Assembly (NCBI RefSeq): GCF_036321535.1 | Contig: NC_087437.1 | Coordinates: 59,522,001-59,586,000 of the forward strand | DNA length: 64,000 nucleotides | Direction: 5' to 3' | DNA from: Camelus dromedarius | Lineage: Eukaryota | Shown here: positions 24,196 through 37,358 of the stretch, in pieces | How positions within the stretch are numbered: the stretch's first letter is position 1 | How the letters are laid out: the number at the start of each line of letters is the position of its first letter | Program-made: the position numbers and the translations under genes | Notes under the pieces: generated by a model | Told to the model about the DNA's origin: nothing | What the model saw: the letters and a program-made list of their open reading frames with translations, nothing else | Database searches by the model: none

Positions 24196-26759
24196 TTCCA
24201 CCACATCTCAGAGCAATCGCCTAAACTCAGAAAGAAACTGGAGCTCAAACTGTAGGAGATGTTGTGGTGCTGATTCGCCTTTTAGTCCTGGAGTTGAGGG
24301 GTGCACTGGGGAGAGGGAACTCTTTGTGATATCAAAAGATCAGAAGAGTTTCAAATAAGAGGAGCCCCAGCCCTCTGTAAACTCTCCAGCAAAATCTCTG
24401 CATGGATTTAATGCAAGTGGTGCCCACTCCCCACTGCCGTGTTCTCCCAGCATAGAAGTCAGCCTGGCTTCACGGAAGGGGGAGGTCTGGGCTGGGAGGC
24501 ATTGGGAAGGAGAAAAGCGTCAAAAGCTAATGGGCTTGATTTTTAAACTTAGCTTCAGCCTTGAGCTAAAATCACTTGTCCTTTTCAAGCTACAATTTCC
24601 TTATTTTAAAACCAAGGAAACATTACTTATTTTGCAGGGTTCTTGTGTGGCGTAGAGATAGTGACAATGAAGTCTGTGGTCATTAAATGGTGCTGATGGG
24701 GCGAGGGTAGTGGTGGTGGCAGTAACTTTTATAAATCCTCCCCAAGCTGGTCCAAGCTCACTTCCCCTTACACTGTTCCATCTGAAGAAAAACAATAAGG
24801 TTGAGACTATTTGAAGAACTAAACAAAAATAATTGCAATAGATTGTCCTTTACAGTAAAATCTCCTAATGGTTCAGTTAGATTTGGAAGACACACCCCAT
24901 TATTAAAAATATGACAATTAAAATGCTGTATAACAAAACATTTCAAGTCTAAATGATGACTCCCTTACTCACTTTAAGCCAAGTAGGAAACACACACGTG
25001 TCCTGATTAAAGACGCGCCATCTTCTCTCGTCCCCTGAGGGAACATGGAGGTCAGATATCACCCAGGCTGGATGAGGATGACAGGTGGGACCCATTTCAA
25101 ATATTCAAAGCCAAGAAACTCAGATGACACAATCTGATTTGCGGCCATGAGGGGACAAGTGCAGAAGGAGAAGAATTTAATTCCAACCAAAAGAAACAAG
25201 ACAGGTTCCAAAGAGGAGGCAGCATTGGACTTGGGGCTTGAGGAAGGAGCAGAATTTCAAGACAGGAGGTTGGGAAGGAGAACCTGGCCTTTGTGGACAG
25301 AGTGTATTGTCAAAGTTTAAAGAATTTTAGAGACCAAGTAAACCCACTTAGCTGGGTCTTATTTATTGAGAGGATGGAGAGTCAGGGTGGAAAGGATTGG
25401 CCCCTCTATGTGCAGTCCCTGCAATGACTGCCGGTCAGGAAAATGACTAGCAGCAGACCTCTAGCTGCTTGGATGCATAATTTTCCAATTGTTGACAGAG
25501 TCAGATTCACTGGTGCAGGAAGTTCTGAGGGCCCAGGTGATGCAACACAGGCCTAGAGCGGGGCTTGATGCCTGGTGCAAACATCCTGGACCATCTAGAG
25601 GCAGTCCAGATTGTGTTGGTTTTGGCCTCAACTGTTCAGCCAGATCAAGGCTAGGAGGAGAGCAGAGAGCTGGCTATGCCTGTAACATGATGCATTAGAG
25701 AGCTCCTGGTGAATTATATGTCTATTAGCTAAGTGGCCCTGGGGCTTTATGACTTTGCTCTTCTTGTAAATCAAAAATAATAACAATAACAGCTCACCGT
25801 CTTCTCATCCTGCTGGACACAGCGAGTATTTCATCTGTCATTACACAATTATAGCTGCTCCCCAGACAGCTCCATCCCAGGCCCCAGGATACAGAGGAAG
25901 ATGAAAATCTGTGCGCCCATCCTGACCCATCGCAAGTAGCAACTTAGTCTTTTTCTTATCCAAGAGGATTGGCCAAGTCAGCTCAGGAGGGAAGGCAATT
26001 GTTTTAGCGCAGGAACCCTCCAGGGAGGGACCAGTGACCCAGTAGTGAGGCCAAGATGGCCCTATCTGGTAGAGGTCCCCGATTACACATCCCGATGGTA
26101 GTCTTTCTATTCCAGTCTGGTCTGCCCTTTCATCTCTGCCCTTCCTGGGCCTGAAGGGGTTGCCAGCTGGCTGGGACAGCAGAGAGATGATGTGGAGGTA
26201 AGTATAACTTTTGCATGGCTAGAGGACAGGGCCTCCCTCATGCAGTTTACCTTGCAGTGGGGAGCCTCATGCTGTATCCCAAACAAAAGTGTGTGACAGC
26301 TTGGGGCTGATCCACCTCAACCAGTGGGTGTGTCACTCCAAGGCAAGATAACAATTTCCAGGCAATATTTTTCCCCAAAGGATGAAGCACATGAGAGAGG
26401 AAGAAACCAATCATTCCGAGACCTTTGGGATGACAGACCCTGACGACATCAGTACACGGAGAGAACTACCGTGACTAGGTATCCACGGCATTTGCTATTA
26501 CGAAGCAACTCAAGTTTCTTGCAGGGAATCTGTACTGAATGTGTCAATGTCCTCCACAATGCCCTGATCCAAACCCTGGAAGAAGGCTGAGAATCTCGAG
26601 TTGTCATCAGACAGAAACCTAGTCCCCAGAACTGAAGTCTCATCTCTTATTCCTTGGCATTGGTTTCATTTTTCTCTGTCTTCTTTCTTTCTTATTATAG
26701 CCTTGGTTCCCGGCACACTCTCATGAATGGCCCTTTTAAAATTAATCAGTTGATTAATT

Positions 26760-27420
26760 AATTAATTATCATTTATTTATGCAATAGTTAACAATGATGA
26801 ACCACTTCAAAGAACCAAAGTGTCGACAGTAACGTATATCTGCCTACGTGTTTCTTCTCCATCTGATCCCTTTTCCTCTCCCTACCTAAGGCAACCACTT
26901 GTCTATTATGATCTTGATTTTTAAAAGCTTTATTATGTATACAATTTTGTTTATTTCTATTATATGTGTAGTTGCTTCTAACAACAGTAAACAATATTCT
27001 TCTGGGTCTTAATTTTTTACTCAATATTTTACACATGTATATATAGTATGTAATATGCATATACTATAATATAGCCTGTAGTTATGGTCCATTCATTGTT
27101 ACTGCCCTTGTATGGCAAGGCCACAATTTATATATCCAATATCCTGTCAAAGGGCATTTGTTGTTTCTGGAGGTCATATCAGTATTGTTGTATGAGTTTC
27201 TTAGTATAGAGGTGAAGGTGTTTTTCTTATGTATATGTAGTGAAATTGTTGGGTTACAGGGTATATGAAGTGCAACTTTATAAGATAATGCTAAGCAACT
27301 TGTCAAAATGATTGTACCAACGTGCACGTCTACCAGGAAAGTGGTAAGAGATCTGGTTAATGGACCTATTTTCCCACACTCAGTATCATCAATTTCTTAA
27401 TTTTGCCATCAAATGGGTGC
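26760..27420 (-). mobile_element. Old L1ME-type 3' fragment
   Basis: ccctacctaaggcaaccact...ccacaatttatatatccaat...gggcatttgttgtttc...gaaattgttgggttacagggtat...gattgtaccaac. Confidence 0.7.
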
Positions 27421-27424
27421 ACCT

Positions 27425-27945
27425 ATAGTGGGAATTAATTACTATAACATTTGGAGGAAACGATGTGGAAATACTTACTGACATTTTAAATGGACTTGCT
27501 TTTTAACACAGGAGTGCTACATTTGAGCATGTCTTCTAAAGAAGTTATTAATATAAGTATATAAGAGTAAATTTACATTATCTTTTTTACAAGCAAAAAC
27601 TTGAAACAACCTCAATATACATCAATAGGTAAATGGTTGAATAAATTATAGGAAATCTACATATGGATTAAAATTAAAATTAAAACAAAACTGAGTTAGA
27701 GCTCTATGCAATGACTTGGAAAATTTTTGCTGAATTTAAGTGAACAGAGCAAGTTACAGAGTAATGTGCATGAGAACATGTTAGCTTTTCTAAAAAGGAG
27801 GGATGGGTGCTATGATTGCTTGTGTTTGCCTGAGCAAAAAGAAAGGTGTGAAAAATACACACTGGCTGTCAATATTGACTACCTTGGGAGAGTGGGACTG
27901 GAGTGGAGGGTAGGGAGACAGGCTGAGGGGGTGGCAGAACTGGGA
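27425..27945 (+). mobile_element. Old L1ME-type 3' fragment (opposite orientation to its neighbour)
   Basis: gcaaaaacttgaaacaacctcaatatacatcaataggtaaatggttgaataaattat...aagtgaacagagcaagttacag. Confidence 0.7.
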
Positions 27946-30266
27946 CTGTAATTCTGGTCTTTGATGGCCTCAGTCTACCCTGCACATGTCACCCCTGTGT
28001 TTCACATTGTTCATATCTTTGAATTCCCACATTCTAAAATCAAAATTCCACATCCTGCACTCAATATCCATCAAGAGCTGGCCCTAGCCTACCATGTCTC
28101 CAACTCACCTACGAATGCAATATGTTTTAACCAAATTACACTTGACTCTTCTTGAAATGTTCCTAGGGCTTTTCTACTCTTTGACTTTGCTCATCCTGTC
28201 TACCTGGAATTCCCACCCCAGCCCTGCTTTCTTTCCATCACTGCCTAAAAAGCTTGTCTGTTCTTCAAGTTCCAACCAAAAGGCTGGAGCGATTGTAATA
28301 CCTCTCAGAAACAAAGAGCTGAGCTCCCAAGTTTGGAAGGACAAAACCATAGCAGGTCTGGGTGCCTTGGTGGCTAAGTTCACCATCTTTCTCTTCATAG
28401 ATAATCCTGCTCCAATCAAGTTTGGTCCCTAAGTGTCTCAAGACTCAAAATCCCAGGAAAGAGCACCCTATTAACTTAGCATCCTCATCATTTAGAAAAA
28501 TGCCATCTATCTTCTCCACCTGAGTTCTGAATGAATACAGAATAAGGCATAAGGCCAATGGAGATCAAAATATCATCTGTATTATTGATGCCTTTTATTA
28601 GAGAATGTGATGTGAACAAGTATGCTTCCGCATATGGAACCCCAGAAATAGAAACAGCCAGTAGGGCTGGACCAGGGATAGCCCTCGCTCCTGCACAGCA
28701 GAATATGGGCTTCCTGCAGACAGCTCATGCTGAGAGGAAGTGAGAGGAGATGGGCAGTGCCTGACGAGTGTGTACTTTCCAACAACCCCTCCTTCCCTGG
28801 GGACGAGAGGCCAGGGCTATGGCCCTTCTCCAGGTGGCAAGACATGTCATGCTCCCCCTTTATGGCCTTGGTCAGAGGGCAGGCCCCTGTCATCAGCAGC
28901 TTCACTAGACCACAGAGGTCAGGCAGGCCAAGTCCCAAAAGGAAGGGGGAAAGATTCTGGGCAGATAAAGACAAGAGGTGTCCACGATGTCAGCCTGCAT
29001 CCCCAACATGCCCTCTAGAAATGATGGGCTTTACTAAGCCCTCCAGGTACCCTTGCAAAACATAGACCCCCTTGGCAGGGGCCACCCTCATCAGGCTGTG
29101 CCCTTCACACAGGACAGCGCTTTACCTCTGCAGAGCACGATCATGACCGCCGGGAAGTGTGGCTGTCACAACCCTGCGGGGCAAATGAGCAGGGACTCAA
29201 GATGATGAAAGTGCCAGCATTATGGTTTTCAGGTTTCTCCTCCATCAACTCCTCAGAAGGTGCTGGCAGGATGAAAATGATGACTGGGAGTTGGGGTGTG
29301 GGGTGGTGGGTACAGATAGGAAACTTGAGATTCATCGTCACTCCTCTGGAGGTGAGAGGATGGGGCCCGGGTGCCGTGTGCTTGGACACAGACCCTCCTG
29401 GCAGCCACCCCTACATCCCCAGGCTGGTGTTCAGCTTTGCACAGCCGTCAGCCAGCACACAGTGACTGCTCAGCGACACACTGGCAGGTCGGCACTTCAG
29501 CTAGGATGTGGCAAGAAGCATAGTTCAGCCCATTTTACAGTGACCTACTGTACAGGAAGCATAGCAGATAGAACCTCTTTCCTTAGGGGTCCCTGAAAAT
29601 GCCCCTATGGGCGCTGAGTATGAAGAGGCTTCTGCTGGGGAAGAAGCAGGTGTCTTGGGATAGTTAGAAACCAGCTTCTCTAAGGTGGAGATTTGTAGCC
29701 CAAGAAGTCTGAGCAAAGCACAATTGTTGCTGATAGAAAAAAATCAGCCAAAAGATGAAGTGGAAGCACAAATTAAACGCTGAGAGGATGGGGAGGAACT
29801 GGACCAGATGGACTTTAAGGAGAGTTTCAACTATGAGGTCCTAGGATTTCCTGATGGGGGTCTTACTTGGTAGATAGTAAACATGGGCAATTTTTAAATG
29901 TTTCTAGGTCTCACATGCCTCATCTATAAATTGATATTTTCAATGTCCACCTCAGCAGGGTTATTGAGACATACGTATTACATACATATACACAGCGAGG
30001 TGGCCTGAGAGAAGGGCTCCCGCTCAGGACACGCACCAGTCTCTTTTCTACTGCCTCACTTGCCTGGTTCTTTGTTCAAAATTCTCATTCCCAAAGAATA
30101 AGTTCTAAGTCTTTTCAACAGAAGATGAGCTTTGGTGGCTCAGAAACAAAGAGAAGCAGGCTTACTTCACCCGTGAGGGGCAGGGAGGGTTCCTCGCGCT
30201 CCCGGGCTCCCTGCCCGGGCCCTGCTGGCGAAGGGAAAGCGTCTGTGATGAAAAGTGAGGGGAAAT

Positions 30267-30655
30267 GAAGACAAATATTATATGATATCACTTACATGTG
30301 AAATCTAAAAAAATGATACAAAGGAACGTATTTACAAAACAGAAACAGACTCGCAGACATAGAAAACAAATTTATGGTCACCAAAGAGGAAGAGGTGGGG
30401 AAGGGAGGGATAAATTAGGAACTTGGAATTAACAGATATGACTACTGTATACAAAATAGATAAACAACAAGTACCTACTGTAGAGCACAGGGAACTATAT
30501 TCAATAGCTTGTAATAACCTGCAACGGAAAAGAATCTGAAAAAGACTATATATATATCTCAATCACTTTGCTGTACACCTGAAACTAACACAACATTGTA
30601 AATCAACTATACTTCAGTAAAACAAACAAGCCAAAGTTTTTTTAAGCGTTAAGAG
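30267..30655 (+). mobile_element. 5'-truncated cetartiodactyl L1 3' end
   Basis: gacaaatattatatgatatcacttacatgtgaaatctaaaaaaatgatacaaa...aactaacacaacattgtaaatcaactatacttcagtaaaa; imperfect TSD tgagggg(a/c)aat on both sides. Confidence 0.9.
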
Positions 30656-31829
30656 AAAAATAATGAGGGGCAATCAAAGAGCATCCAATCACAGCCTAGT
30701 GACCCAGAGGGAGGACACACCAGGACTCTCAGAGGTTAGCTGAGGACAGAGCCTGCCCTGGAAGGCAGGGGTCCTTTTGTCCCATCTCCACCCCTGAATG
30801 GCTATAGGGGTCCCCTCTCTTCTCTGGGCCTCAGTTTCCCAGTCCTGAGAATGACTGGGTGGGAAAAGACAACATTGAATTGTCACAGGCACAGTCTCTC
30901 TCCACCCTGGCCTAAGGTCCCTGTAATGAAAATAAAGGGGTGCCGCTTCTTTCAAGAGCTGGCTGGCTGTGGTGGCACAGTGCTGGCTCTAGTCACGACT
31001 CTAACAGCCCTGCTGAAACGATTCTCTTTAGAAATGTTCCTGTGAGATGTGATTTCTGTGCCCACGTGAAGCACATTTGTTCCTGGGTGGCAGGAAGGGG
31101 CCATTTAGTGAATGACTCCTTTCTCTAACCGCTTAGTGCCCTGGGAGAGTTAATTCATTTCACAGAGGCAAGCAATTTACTCCTATGGGTTCACCATGAA
31201 CCGTACCAGGCCTCCAAAGCTTTGCAAAATTCCCCAAGTCTCCCCAAAGTGGCTGCTACTGCTCGGTACGCTGAACAGAATCCTTCAAGGTTCTTTGGCT
31301 GATGGTGTTTTCCTGCTGAGTGTTTGTGAAATACCTTCTGGGTACAGAACCCTGCAGGAAGCACCTGGAAGATATGGAAGACAGGCGTGTCCATCCTCTA
31401 AAGCCTCACAAATAAACCAGGGACACAGAACAAGTCCCGGACTCAGAGTCAGGAGACCCTTCACAAGGTCCTGGGCCAGCCCTGTTGTCCTCCATTCCTC
31501 CAGCTGAGACACAAAGGGACTTGGTCATTCATCCCTACAGATTTTCCAATTTCTGAAAGTCTCCACAGAACATGCGACAAGTAACCCTAGTGCATGATGG
31601 GAGGTCAAAGGGGACAAAGCCAGTCCCCCACCGCACCTCAATACATACCATGAGAGTACATTTGCTTCCCGCACCTGCAATGCCTCCCTCTCCCCTCTGC
31701 TACTCCCAACCTCTCTTCCCTGTGTGTATTGGTTTAGCAAGATTTTAAAGTCTTCAAGCCTTTGAGTTCTTATTAAAGCTTCGTGTCTTTGGGATCCCTC
31801 TATTTGCAGACTGCAAGCAGTAGGGTGAG

Positions 31830-32340
31830 GTCAGTTCATAGGGCACAACCCCCAAGAACTGGCTCCACCTTCTTCATTTCATAGATGAGGATGCTGAAGA
31901 GGAGAGAGCGAGGTGCCCAAGGTGATTCAGGGAGTGAGAGACTGGACTCAGGTCTGCTGTTGATGTGACCAAGGCATTTTCCTAATTCTTTTATTGTAAT
32001 TCTTTTATTCATGTACATATTTAACAAATAGTTATTAAGTTCCTATTTGCCAAGCCCTGGACTAGGTACCAGACATAGAAATATGAAAAAGGCCTTCAAA
32101 GTTTACAGCCTGACAGGTGAGACAGACCAGCAAACACGTGATTCCAGGGGATGTCTTAAGTGGTCCCAGATTTAAGGCTGCCCAGGAGGTCATGGGAGCC
32201 CAGTGAAGGGGGACCAATCCTGGCTTGGGGAAAACTTCAGAGGAGGTGATGGTGGAACTGGCTGAAGGCTGTGTCCTGGTTCACTGGGAAGGAGACGTGG
32301 GGGATTCCCATCCCAGGGGGAAAAGGCTGCATGAGTAAAG
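31830..32340 (-). mobile_element. MIR fragment followed by an L2 3' fragment
   Basis: ttcatttcatagatgaggatgctgaag...gcccaaggtga (MIR); atttaacaaatagttattaagttcctatttgccaagccctggactagg (L2 tail). Confidence 0.65.
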
Positions 32341-33779
32341 CATGATCAGGGCAGGGGAGGAGGTGGGTAAGTTGTGAATTAAGCACTGGTGGGAGCCAGG
32401 TTCTGGGCCATGGCCTAAGTTAATGCAACCTTCTTCAGGGTTCTTCCAGCACACACGGACTTCCTCTGACAATCGCTCCTTCCTTACATGTGCTTTGGTA
32501 GCCTTCTTGGGTGGCCCTCACAAGGCTGTGAGTTCGCCCACACAGTCATCTCTGAGAAGATAGAAGTCCCCTTAGACTGTGAGCCCTTGTCTTCTCCCGG
32601 CTAGAGGACTGAGATGGCCGGGATTGCCCCTGGCAGCACTCCAGCTCCTAGGAGGCAGGGGGAGACAGATTGTGAGGACAGGGGCCCACAGGGCAGGGTA
32701 GGTCATCTGGGGGGTGGGGTCCTGGCAGAAGATGGTGAGTAAGTATGAACAGGAATCCGATCTGAGGTGGTCAGGTGCAGCCCACATGCCGACGCCAGGC
32801 CATCACCAGGGAGTCTGGGGTACGGGTGATCAGATGGATGTCAGCTCTGACCAAGGACTCCAAAATCCAAATCTCTTCCCTAGAACTTGCCCTTAATCCT
32901 TAGGCTCATGGTCTGCCCCACAGACAGTTATTGCTGATGACAACTTGCAGTCATAACAAGAACCACAAGGGCCAGCCCAGCCACAGCATTGGTTCCGAAA
33001 GGGGAACCCAGGCCCGGCTGAGTGCCTCCCAGGGATTTCTAGCCAATAGCTCGACTATGGATAGGCTGCAACTGGCAAAAAAACACCCTAAATCTGGCCT
33101 CTAAATCTAGCCCCTGGGCTTCGACTTTAGACCACCTGTCTCAGCGAGATTGAATGGTTGGCTCCCCGGGCAGCCTCCAGGACCTGCAGGGAGCAGAGTG
33201 CTGGCACTCAGGTCAGACCTGCCCTGTGTAGGCCCAGTGGAGGGCCTGCTGCCCCCAGCTGAAGGGCAGATGCTGGGCTGGCCTCTGCTTGATCAGCACG
33301 GCAGCAGGCTGGGAGGAAGTCATACATTCCGAGTCCCTAGAATTAGCTCAGCATCTCCAGCGGGGAGCATCTCACCTTGATTGATGAAGGGGTTAGATTA
33401 ATAAAAACTCATAAGCTGTCTTTCTTTCTCAGGCTACATAATGTCTGGGAAATATTAGACATTCTCATAGTTTCAACTGAGCGATAGGTATTCATTATAC
33501 TACCACGGCTTGAAATAGCTGTTCTGCCCCACTCTTCATCTCTCTGTTCTGGCCTTTCCCATTACTTCTGAGAATATATGAAAAATAGGACAAATGTGCT
33601 TATAAGTTATATTGAGAAATTTAATCCATGGGGAGAAAGCCGTCTGTCACGTACAAATTGGATGTTATGAGTGTACACATCTTTATGAGTTCTGGGTTGC
33701 AAGCCACAGAAATGGGCTCCAAAAACAGAAAACAGAGTCATTCAAAGGGTATGAGACTAGCCCTAAAGGCTGGAAAAGC

Positions 33780-33882
33780 TAGAAAGAAGGAGGAGTATGG
33801 AGAAAGAATAAGAAGAAGGAAGAAGAGGAAGAGGAGGAGAAGGAGGAGGAGAAAAAAAGGGGGGTGAGGAAGAGGAAGAAGG
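33780..33882. repeat. GA-rich low-complexity tract
   Basis: agaaggaagaagaggaagaggaggagaaggagg. Confidence 0.85.
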
Positions 33883-34354
33883 TTAAGCAGCCAGAATCAC
33901 ACTAAACTCATGCTACAGAACCAGCTTGGGCAGGCTCTGCCCTGACACTGACCACCAGACGTAACAGGTGGCATCTCCAGCATCACTGGCACAGGGCACT
34001 GTACACAGCACACTTGATCTGGCCACTCCAAGGCACCAGAACAAATTCTCCCCAGGCCCTACATCTTGAGGTTACCCTTAGAAGGGTGCACCCACCCTGT
34101 TGCTCAAGACATTTGTGGGCCATGTCCCAAAAGCCATCCTTGAATTCCTTTTCCTTTTCCTCTCTCTCATATCCCACATCTAATCTGAGACTGATTTCAG
34201 CTAACTCTACTTTCCTAAATTGGCCAGATTTCTCAAATCTGTCCCCTCCTTCCCTGCTTGTCCTTAGTTCAAGCCCTCACTGCCTCTCATCTAGAATATC
34301 CTGCTGGACTTTCCCTGCACTGGCCCCAGAGCCATATGCCTGAAACAGAGGTGT

Positions 34355-35085
34355 GACTTCTGCTTCTAGTGACAGTGGACTAGCTTGTATCAGACCAGAC
34401 TTCCTGCCAATAATAACTAGAAAATTAGACAAAACATATTGTTTTAAAAAATCCATTTGAAGTCATTGAAGAGCTATCAAGACCAAAAATGTGAAGGGCC
34501 AAGATCCTGGAAAGGAGGGAAGTACTTGGAGGTAAGCTGACAGAGGCCTCCTTGAGGCATTTGCCCTTTTGTGAGTGGCAGGCTAGAATTTGAGAAGCTG
34601 AGCAGAGCATTCAACAATCTCATGGGGCCAAAGAAACCAAAGCTGGAGTGGATGGTCTATCAAAGCAAAGGGGTAGCCTAACTGTTGGTCAGAAGCAAGA
34701 GTTTCCTCTCTGGAGGAAAATAATATCTGCTGGGGCATCAGATAATCTCTGTACCCACACTGTCTGTTTCCTGCAGTGATGGAAGTGCTCTAGAATATGC
34801 AGTGACCAAAAGAGCAACCACTGGCCATATGTGGCTGTGGGCACTTGCAATGTGATTAGTGCAGCTGAAGAACTGAATTTTTAACATTAATTCAAATAGC
34901 TACATGTGATTAGTAACTGCTTTTTAAAACAGTGGTAAAGTTCTATACAATGTTTGGTTTTTGATCAAAAATTTCAAGGGATACCATGAGGCAAAATCAA
35001 ACGATGAAAACCAAGAGGAAAAAAATATACATAAACAGATTCAAAACATATCCAGATACTGGAGTCATCAGACACAGTCTTTCAA
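34355..35085 (+). mobile_element. Old L1M 5' region fragment, interrupted by a MER3-like element
   Basis: gacttctgcttctagtgacagtggactagc...taactagaaaattagacaaaacata; resumes with atccagatactggagtcatcagacacag. Confidence 0.55.
34750..34932. mobile_element. hAT-Charlie MER3-like element
   Basis: gcagtgatggaagtgctcta...ccactggccatatgtggctgtgggcacttgcaatgtg...gaagaactgaatttttaa...aatagctacatgtgattagt. Confidence 0.75.
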
Positions 35086-35103
35086 TCAGAGGTCATGACT
35101 CCC

Positions 35104-35600
35104 TGTATTTATTAAGACTAGGTTTGGCTGAATATTATAAAACCCCCAAATAACAATAATTTAAACATGAGACCTTCTTTATTTCTCACCTAAAAGAAAA
35201 GGTGATACACAGGTTTGGTGGCTCTTCTGTCTCCTCTGTCATTTTCAGTTTTGGTTTTCATCATCAAGGTGACTTTGTAAGTCCAAAAGGGTTGCTGGAA
35301 CTCCAACCATCAAGTCCAAGCTGCAGATCAAAAGAAGACAAAATGAGTAAGGGGAGATGGGATCTCACCTGGCTAACTCATCACCTTTTTGGCAGCCTTC
35401 CTAGAAGTTCTACACAATACTCTGCTTATTTCCTTCCTGTCAAAATTTATTCATGTGGCTGCCCCCCACTGCATAGGAAGCTGAGGAATATTGTCTTTTG
35501 GTTTGGAAATTAATAGGCCAAGCTAAACAGCATGTTCTGTAAAAAAGAAAGAAGAAAGGGGAGAATAAATATCGCAGTAGGTAACTAACCATCTCTGTTT
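35104..35600 (-). mobile_element. MaLR LTR (MLT1I/J-like)
   Basis: aaaccccaaataacaataatttaaaca...tttatttctcac...ggaagctgaggaatattgtctttt...gtaggtaactaaccatctctg. Confidence 0.65.
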
Positions 35601-35609
35601 TAAGTTCCT

Positions 35610-36100
35610 ACTTAAGGACCTTGAACAACTCCCCACTGCCAGGCACATAAAGACCCTCACAGTTTGGCCCCTACCTCTCGCTCCAGTTCTATCTCCTGTC
35701 CCCTCTCCAGACACTCCATACTCTCACCACCTCTAGTCACCGCCACCTCTACGATGCCCAGATGCAGGCTGTCATGCCCTTGCTCCTGCTCACTCTTTGG
35801 CCTGGCATGCCCTTTCTCTGACAGGTCTGGCTCATTTTCAAAGCTTAATTCAAAGGTCATCTCTCTTGTGTCAACTTTCCCAGCTCTCCTCCTCTGAATC
35901 GAAATCTGTCTCTTGGTTCCGGTAGACCTTAGTGGATACCCCACATTACTGCGTTTGCATTGGATTGTAATGATTGCTTTTCACGTCTTCTCTCTTTTTA
36001 AAATATGAGCTTCTCTGACTCAGAAACACAACTTACTCTTTATTTTTATTCCTCTAGTGTTTGTCAGGTGGTCTGTGCTCTGTCAAGTTTTGCTGAATCG
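35610..36100 (+). mobile_element. L2 3' fragment
   Basis: aagaccctcacagtttggcccctacct...ttcaaagcttaattcaaaggtcatctctcttgtg...tttgctgaat. Confidence 0.65.
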
Positions 36101-36869
36101 ATAAAAGAGTAAAGGATCAAGTTAGTTAATAAATCTCCAAAGCTATCCCTCTCTAGCATATCTAACTCCAGAAAACTCAGCCTTCGTATAAGATGGAGGT
36201 GAACTTACAAGTTCCTTTTGTTACGCCCAAACTGTGTGGTATGGTGCATTGTATGAAATAGACATGCCAAGCTGAAATATTATTTGACACAGTGGTAAAA
36301 AAAATCAACTTAAAAGCAACACAATTATAATTAGCAGTAACAAGGAATTACATTTTATTCATCAGGGTTAGATCAAACATCACCTTTGTGCTCAGCACCG
36401 TGAAATACACTGTGTGAAATCCCCATCATTCTTCCTTCACACCCACCCCTTCTCCCTGACAGACAACACCCCTCACCAAATAAACTTCACAGTTACTGTA
36501 TTCTAGGATGGTGAGACCCTGTAAAAATAGAACATGGAGCCCTAGAACAGTTAGGTGACAATTAGGTTATAATGTGTCATAATAAATGGTACCTGTTCAC
36601 TATCAAATGATATCCATTACTATAAATATTTAGAGAAAGGAGGGAAAGATATAAGCAGGAGTGGCAAGAAGAGCCTCTGAACTGGTCTTTAAAAGCACAG
36701 CAGGACTGAGCAAAATAGTGACAATCAAAGCATGAAATACAGGCCACGGGTGGGAGGAGAAATGATTTTAGGGAGACACAGGCCCGAGACTGAATAGCAT
36801 TAAATTGCATAGCAAGAAGTTCTCCTGTTTCATTCCCTTCGGCTTTTTAAGTTTACCTTAAGGAGAATT

Positions 36870-37358
36870 TTCATTGGCACATTTTTAACAGATAGTAACA
36901 TTCCTTTTAATAAACATGGGATAAGTCTCAAGCCTTGATCCTGGTAGACGACAATATTTAGCTAAAATTTGATGGCACTGTTTTGCTTTTTATTGTATTC
37001 ATTTGTACAGGCATTTTTCATTTATGTTACCTGATGATGGTTTTCCATCATATATTTTTACTTTTAAAATCAATTAAGGGGGGAGGGTATAGCTCAAGTG
37101 GTAGAGTGCATGCTTAGTATGCACGAGGTCCTTGGTTCAATCCCCTGTACCTCTTCTAAAAACAAATAAATAAACCAAATACCTCCCCCTCTAAAAATCA
37201 ATTAAAAATAAAATAAAATAAAATAAAATAAATAAAGTATAAAGGAAGAGTCAATTTAAAGAAAACTAATAAGTAAATAATAGTACAGATGGTATGTGGC
37301 TATGAGGGAAAAATGGGGAAAATGTACTTAAAGGACTGAAGTTTGGGGAATACAATGA
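36870..37358. mobile_element. hAT-Charlie-type DNA transposon remnant interrupted by a SINE
   Basis: Terminus aataatagtacagatggtatg...gactgaagtttggggaatacaatg resembles the hAT end gtttgggaaacactg; left boundary uncertain. Confidence 0.45.
37078..37193 (+). mobile_element. tRNA-Ala-derived camelid SINE (Vic-1 type)
   Basis: ggggagggtatagctcaagtggtagagtgcatgcttagtatgcacgaggtccttggttcaatcccctgtacctc has A/B boxes; perfect TSD aaaatcaattaa at 37066-37077 and 37194-37205. Confidence 0.92.

Noticed and set aside
26760..27945. Adjacent opposite-strand L1ME pieces as a twin-priming inversion
   Set aside because: Both pieces appear to cover overlapping ORF2-end/3'UTR regions and no TSD is visible; more likely two independent old insertions.
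36247..36260. cattgtatgaaat as a SOX-OCT composite motif
   Set aside because: The octamer half lacks the core C; a single imperfect motif is not enough evidence.
37078..37156. Possible tRNA-Ala gene
   Set aside because: Flanked by a TSD with an A-rich tail, extra 5' Gs, and anticodon mutated to AGT; it is a SINE.
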